From the NCBI GenBank assembly GCA_031362565.1, contig JANLSU010000099.1:1-42150 (forward strand): a stretch of 42,150 nucleotides of DNA. The letters are read 5' to 3'. The position numbers and the translations under genes are program-made. The DNA comes from a bacterium (lineage in GTDB: Bacteria > Krumholzibacteriota > Krumholzibacteriia > G020349025). This document shows, in pieces, positions 39,510 through 42,150 of the stretch (positions are counted from its first letter, which is position 1; each line of letters begins with the position of its first letter). Under the pieces are notes generated by a model. It ran no database searches. It saw only the letters and a list, made by a program, of their open reading frames with translations, and was not told where the DNA came from.

Positions 39510-39571
39510 GAATTCGAGCGATGGGTCGCCCGAGGCCCGTGGCTCGCAGGATCGGTCAGTTAAACGAGGCC

Positions 39572-39600
39572 TGGCCGTGCGCTTCGGAACGCGCTACCAT
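39572..39600 (+). promoter_or_regulatory. Putative promoter of the TA operon (TGGCCG-N17-TACCAT)
   Basis: 17-nt spacing, just upstream of the GGAGG RBS; weak -35. Confidence 0.3.
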
Positions 39601-39620
39601 TCTCTCGGAGGCGGTTGTCG

Positions 39621-39845
39621 ATGACCCCTATTCAGCACGTCATCTGCGTGGATCCAGAGATCCTTGCCGGAACTCCATGCTTCTTTGGAACGAGGGTTCC
39701 TGTTCAGACCTTGATGGACTACCTCAAGGCCGGGGATCGAGTCGACGACTTCCTCGTCGACTTCCCTTCTGTGACTCATGAGCAGGTAAGCGTCGTTCTC
39801 GAAGTCGCCGGAGATGCGGTGTCGCGGTATGCGCGTGCTTCTTGA
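39621..39845 (+). CDS. DUF433 family antitoxin
   Basis: DPEILAGTPCFFGTRVPVQTLMDYL..G..VDDFL.DFPSVT.EQV. Confidence 0.9.
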   Translation: MTPIQHVICVDPEILAGTPCFFGTRVPVQTLMDYLKAGDRVDDFLVDFPSVTHEQVSVVLEVAGDAVSRYARAS

Positions 39846-40149
39846 CGAGTGCTTGCCTCGAGGCCTGAAGAAGCACTTGTCGGCGCACGACGTGCGAACA
39901 GTGCCTGAAGCCGGCTGGGCCGGCAAGAAAAACGGCGAATTGCTCAGGTTGGCATCCGGCTCTTTCGACATCTTCGTCACAGTCGATAAGAACATCGCGT
40001 ACCAACAAAACCTGCTATCTCTACCGTTCGGGGTCATTACCTTGTCCGCGAGCAGCAATCGTCTCGCAGATCTCGCGCCACTCATACCCGCGCTTCTCGA
40101 GGCACTCGATGCGGCAAGACCAGGCCAGATCGTGAAGATCGGTGTCTGA
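39829..40149 (+). CDS. DUF5615 PIN-like toxin (VapC45-like)
   Basis: MRVLLDECLP, GWAGKKNGELL, FDIFVTVDKN..YQQNL; overlaps the DUF433 gene. Confidence 0.9.
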   Translation: MRVLLDECLPRGLKKHLSAHDVRTVPEAGWAGKKNGELLRLASGSFDIFVTVDKNIAYQQNLLSLPFGVITLSASSNRLADLAPLIPALLEALDAARPGQIVKIGV

Positions 40150-40168
40150 CACCCGAGCGCAGCCCTCG

Positions 40169-40508
40169 AAGCTCGGTCCAGTTCAGCACCAAGCTGTAGC
40201 GCGTGATCTCGTCCTCGTTCTCGTTCCTCAGGCCCACGAAGAAGCGGCCGTCGGGGAGAACGTTCCAGATCTGCGTCCGCACCCGCAGCTTGTCGAAGTC
40301 ATGGACCAGAGTCGGCGCCGAGACCGAAAGCCCGGGACCGGCGGTGACCGCGACCTTCATCAGTCGTTGGCGTTTGTCCTCAACGAACAATGTCTTGCCG
40401 TCCGCCGACCACCGACCACCGGTGCATCACGCTTCCCGAAGTCTTGACCGCGACCGGCCGGCCGGTGCTTCCGTCGGCGTGGAACGCGACGACGTAGGTC
40501 TGATTCTT
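40169..40508 (-). pseudogene. 3' remnant of a TolB/PD40-type beta-propeller gene (resembles the tail of Ser/Thr kinase-PD40 proteins)
   Basis: KNQTYVVAF..GRPVAV..HRWS[7-bp duplication]ADGKTLF..LMKVAV..WNVLPDGRFF..LVLNWTEL; cut at the oriIS of the adjacent element. Confidence 0.65.
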
Positions 40509-40509
40509 A

Positions 40510-42033
40510 GGGATAGGAAATCGCTTCGCAGGGCGGTGGGGGACGGTGGGTATAGTCGTGTTCGTGGGTCGCGTCGAATCGTTGTTTGCCGAACGGGTGC
40601 TCGATTGGGGCGGGAAATCGAGCTGGCGCGGCAAGGCTGTGAAGGAAGACCGTGGTCGCAGCACGTGTATTGGCAGGCAGTCCTGGCGCGGTAGATGAAG
40701 AGTGCACAGCATCGCCCCGCCGGCTTGCAGTGTCCGGTGGCTGAAGGCGATGTTTTCAGCGCGGGTGGAGCCGCGATCAGGGCGGCTGCCTTTGGTGCTC
40801 TGGGAGTGCCCGGGGGTCACGCCCCCTGGCCCGCAGGTGCCTGAGGATGGCGTCGATGACGCTGGGTTCGAGGATGAAGGCGACGATGCGCATGGTGCTG
40901 CCGCAGCGCAGACAGCGGAGCGGATCGACCTCGAAGACGCGAGCCAGCAATTCGGCCCACCGTCGTCGGAGAGCACGGAGTGCGGGCCAGGTCGGGATCG
41001 TGTCGTCGCGTGGCGGGGTCTCGTTGGCATCGCCGGGTTGTTGCCGATCGCGCAGCACACCTTCCTTGCGCCACCTGTGCCTCCGCCGCACCGAGTAGGC
41101 ACCATAGTACCGAACGCAGATTTCATTCTTATTGGGGACGTGGGTGAGGAGCCGGGCCAAGAACTCGAGCGAGTCGAAGGTATGAGTGCCGGCAGTCGGC
41201 CCCTCGGTCTTGTCGGAGACGAACACGACCTGCTGTTTGCGGGCATCGTACTGCAATCGTTCGAGCGTGACGGGCGCTCGTGCGGCGTAGCGTGCGAGGT
41301 GCAGGATGCCGTTGGCGTCATCGGCCTCGAGCCGGACGGCGTTGTGAACGTGAAACCCGGAGTGCGGCCAGGCGAGCATGGACTGGGCATCGTGCTCGGT
41401 GAGGAGGTCTTTGCGGACGAAAGCGCGGAGCACCGCGCGCCGGAAGGCCTCGGTCAGGATCTCGATCTGGTGGAAGCCGAGATGGATGAAGGTACCGTCG
41501 GGCCGGAAGAGGCCATCGGTGACGAGCAGGTGGAGGTGCGGATGGAAGTTGACGAGACTTCCGAAGGTCTGCACGGAGGCGACGACACCGGGGACGCCGA
41601 GCGGCTCGCGCATGGTAGTGCGCAGGAACTCTCTGAGGGTGTGCGAGGCTACTCGGCAGAGGAGCCCGAGAAGTTTGCGGTCATGCAGGAAGAAAGGTCG
41701 CAACCGCTTCGGCACGGTGAAGACGAATTGGCGATGGGGGACGGCGTACAGGAGTTCGTGCTCGAGCCATTCACTCCAGATCGCCAGGCGCTTGGCGTGG
41801 CAGGACGGGCAGAGGTAGCGCGCCTTGCAACTGAAGGCAACGAGGAATTCAGCGCGGCACTGATCGCAGCGAACTCGCGCAAACCCACATTCTAGATCCC
41901 CACAGGCGATGAACTTCTCCACGGCGCGCCGGGAGGCGTGCCGCAAGCGGCCGTATTCGGCCTGAAACTGCTCTTCGTGCACCGAGACCAACGTCTCGAA
42001 GCGATCCCGCTGTAGCCTGCCAGTCTCTCCCAC
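40510..42033 (-). mobile_element. IS91/ISCR-family element with oriIS at about 40510-40530
   Basis: Transposase plus downstream GCGAAGCGATTTCCTATCCC oriIS-like end, which abuts the truncated gene. The terIS end was not located. Confidence 0.75.
40777..42033 (-). CDS. IS91/ISCR-family HUH rolling-circle transposase
   Basis: Zinc-binding CGD..C..C..FSCK.R..CPSC; HRQFVFTVPKRLR; HUH QTFG..NFHPHLH; SGFHVH; ARYAARAP; RYYGAYS; DPLRC..C. The extreme N-terminus may be clipped. Confidence 0.93.
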   Translation of the reverse strand: MGETGRLQRDRFETLVSVHEEQFQAEYGRLRHASRRAVEKFIACGDLECGFARVRCDQCRAEFLVAFSCKARYLCPSCHAKRLAIWSEWLEHELLYAVPHRQFVFTVPKRLRPFFLHDRKLLGLLCRVASHTLREFLRTTMREPLGVPGVVASVQTFGSLVNFHPHLHLLVTDGLFRPDGTFIHLGFHQIEILTEAFRRAVLRAFVRKDLLTEHDAQSMLAWPHSGFHVHNAVRLEADDANGILHLARYAARAPVTLERLQYDARKQQVVFVSDKTEGPTAGTHTFDSLEFLARLLTHVPNKNEICVRYYGAYSVRRRHRWRKEGVLRDRQQPGDANETPPRDDTIPTWPALRALRRRWAELLARVFEVDPLRCLRCGSTMRIVAFILEPSVIDAILRHLRARGRDPRALPEHQRQPP

Positions 42034-42064
42034 TCTGAATTAGGCATTCCGCGTCAGATTGTGG

Positions 42065-42139
42065 CGTCCTGAAAGGACGTTGCGAGCAGAGCTTTCCGCG
42101 ACGTTTTGAGTCGCGTAGGCTTGCTCGCAACGGAGGACG
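42065..42139. repeat. Nested inverted repeat upstream of the transposase
   Basis: CGTTGCGAGCA (42078-88)/TGCTCGCAACG (42122-32) encloses CGCGAC/GTCGCG; CGTCCT can pair with AGGACG at 42074 or 42134. Confidence 0.6.
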
Positions 42140-42150
42140 TGCGACGCGGC

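Larger units (their letters stand above)
38332..39545 (-). mobile_element. 5'-truncated IS91/ISCR-family element with oriIS
   Basis: Partial transposase plus downstream GCGGTTCGAAGTTCCTATGC, which resembles the IS91/ISCR oriIS end (GAAxTTCCTAT). Left boundary approximate. Confidence 0.75.

Noticed and set aside
936..41895. Many long antisense or alternate-frame ORFs (e.g. 4098-5927, 8281-9687, 22343-23980, 38472-39563, 40702-41895)
   Set aside because: They are Arg/Ala/Pro-rich, have no motifs and overlap well-supported genes; typical high-GC shadow ORFs.
42078..42132. Palindrome as an attC site
   Set aside because: The core order is GTT...AAC, the reverse of attC (RYYYAAC...GTTRRRY).

Overview
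High-GC bacterial DNA. Five exported proteins carry a C-terminal FlgD-Ig/T9SS-type-A-like tail, which suggests an FCB-group candidate lineage such as Eisenbacteria, Krumholzibacteriota or Latescibacterota (inference only). Positions 1-36.7 kb are mostly core or secretome genes: an M16 peptidase pair, lysC, a 14-repeat FG-GAP protein, a galactose-oxidase-fold protein, an HTH_42/AlkZ-like protein, SRPBCC, SGNH-TPR, DUF427, a TM0106 nuclease-helicase, a lamin-tail/OB protein, dienelactone hydrolase, PQQ-type proteins, a DNRLRE protein, endonuclease I, S46 peptidase, a spermidine-synthase-like methyltransferase, ackA-xfp and GIY-YIG. Positions 36.7-42.15 kb are mobile debris: an AAA_14/DUF4143 ATPase, two co-oriented IS91/ISCR-family elements with oriIS ends, a DUF433/DUF5615 toxin-antitoxin pair and a truncated beta-propeller gene. 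The best find is hidden by the ORF track: the ORFs at 12374-12721 and 12731-13216 read as one exported triple-YHS-like protein with an in-frame UGA in a C-U-x-x-C motif, followed directly by a bacterial SECIS-like hairpin, i.e. a candidate selenoprotein. Other notable items are a galactose-oxidase-fold protein lacking all copper ligands, a probable AUC start codon and a stuttered oriIS end. No rRNA, tRNA or CRISPR array was seen.
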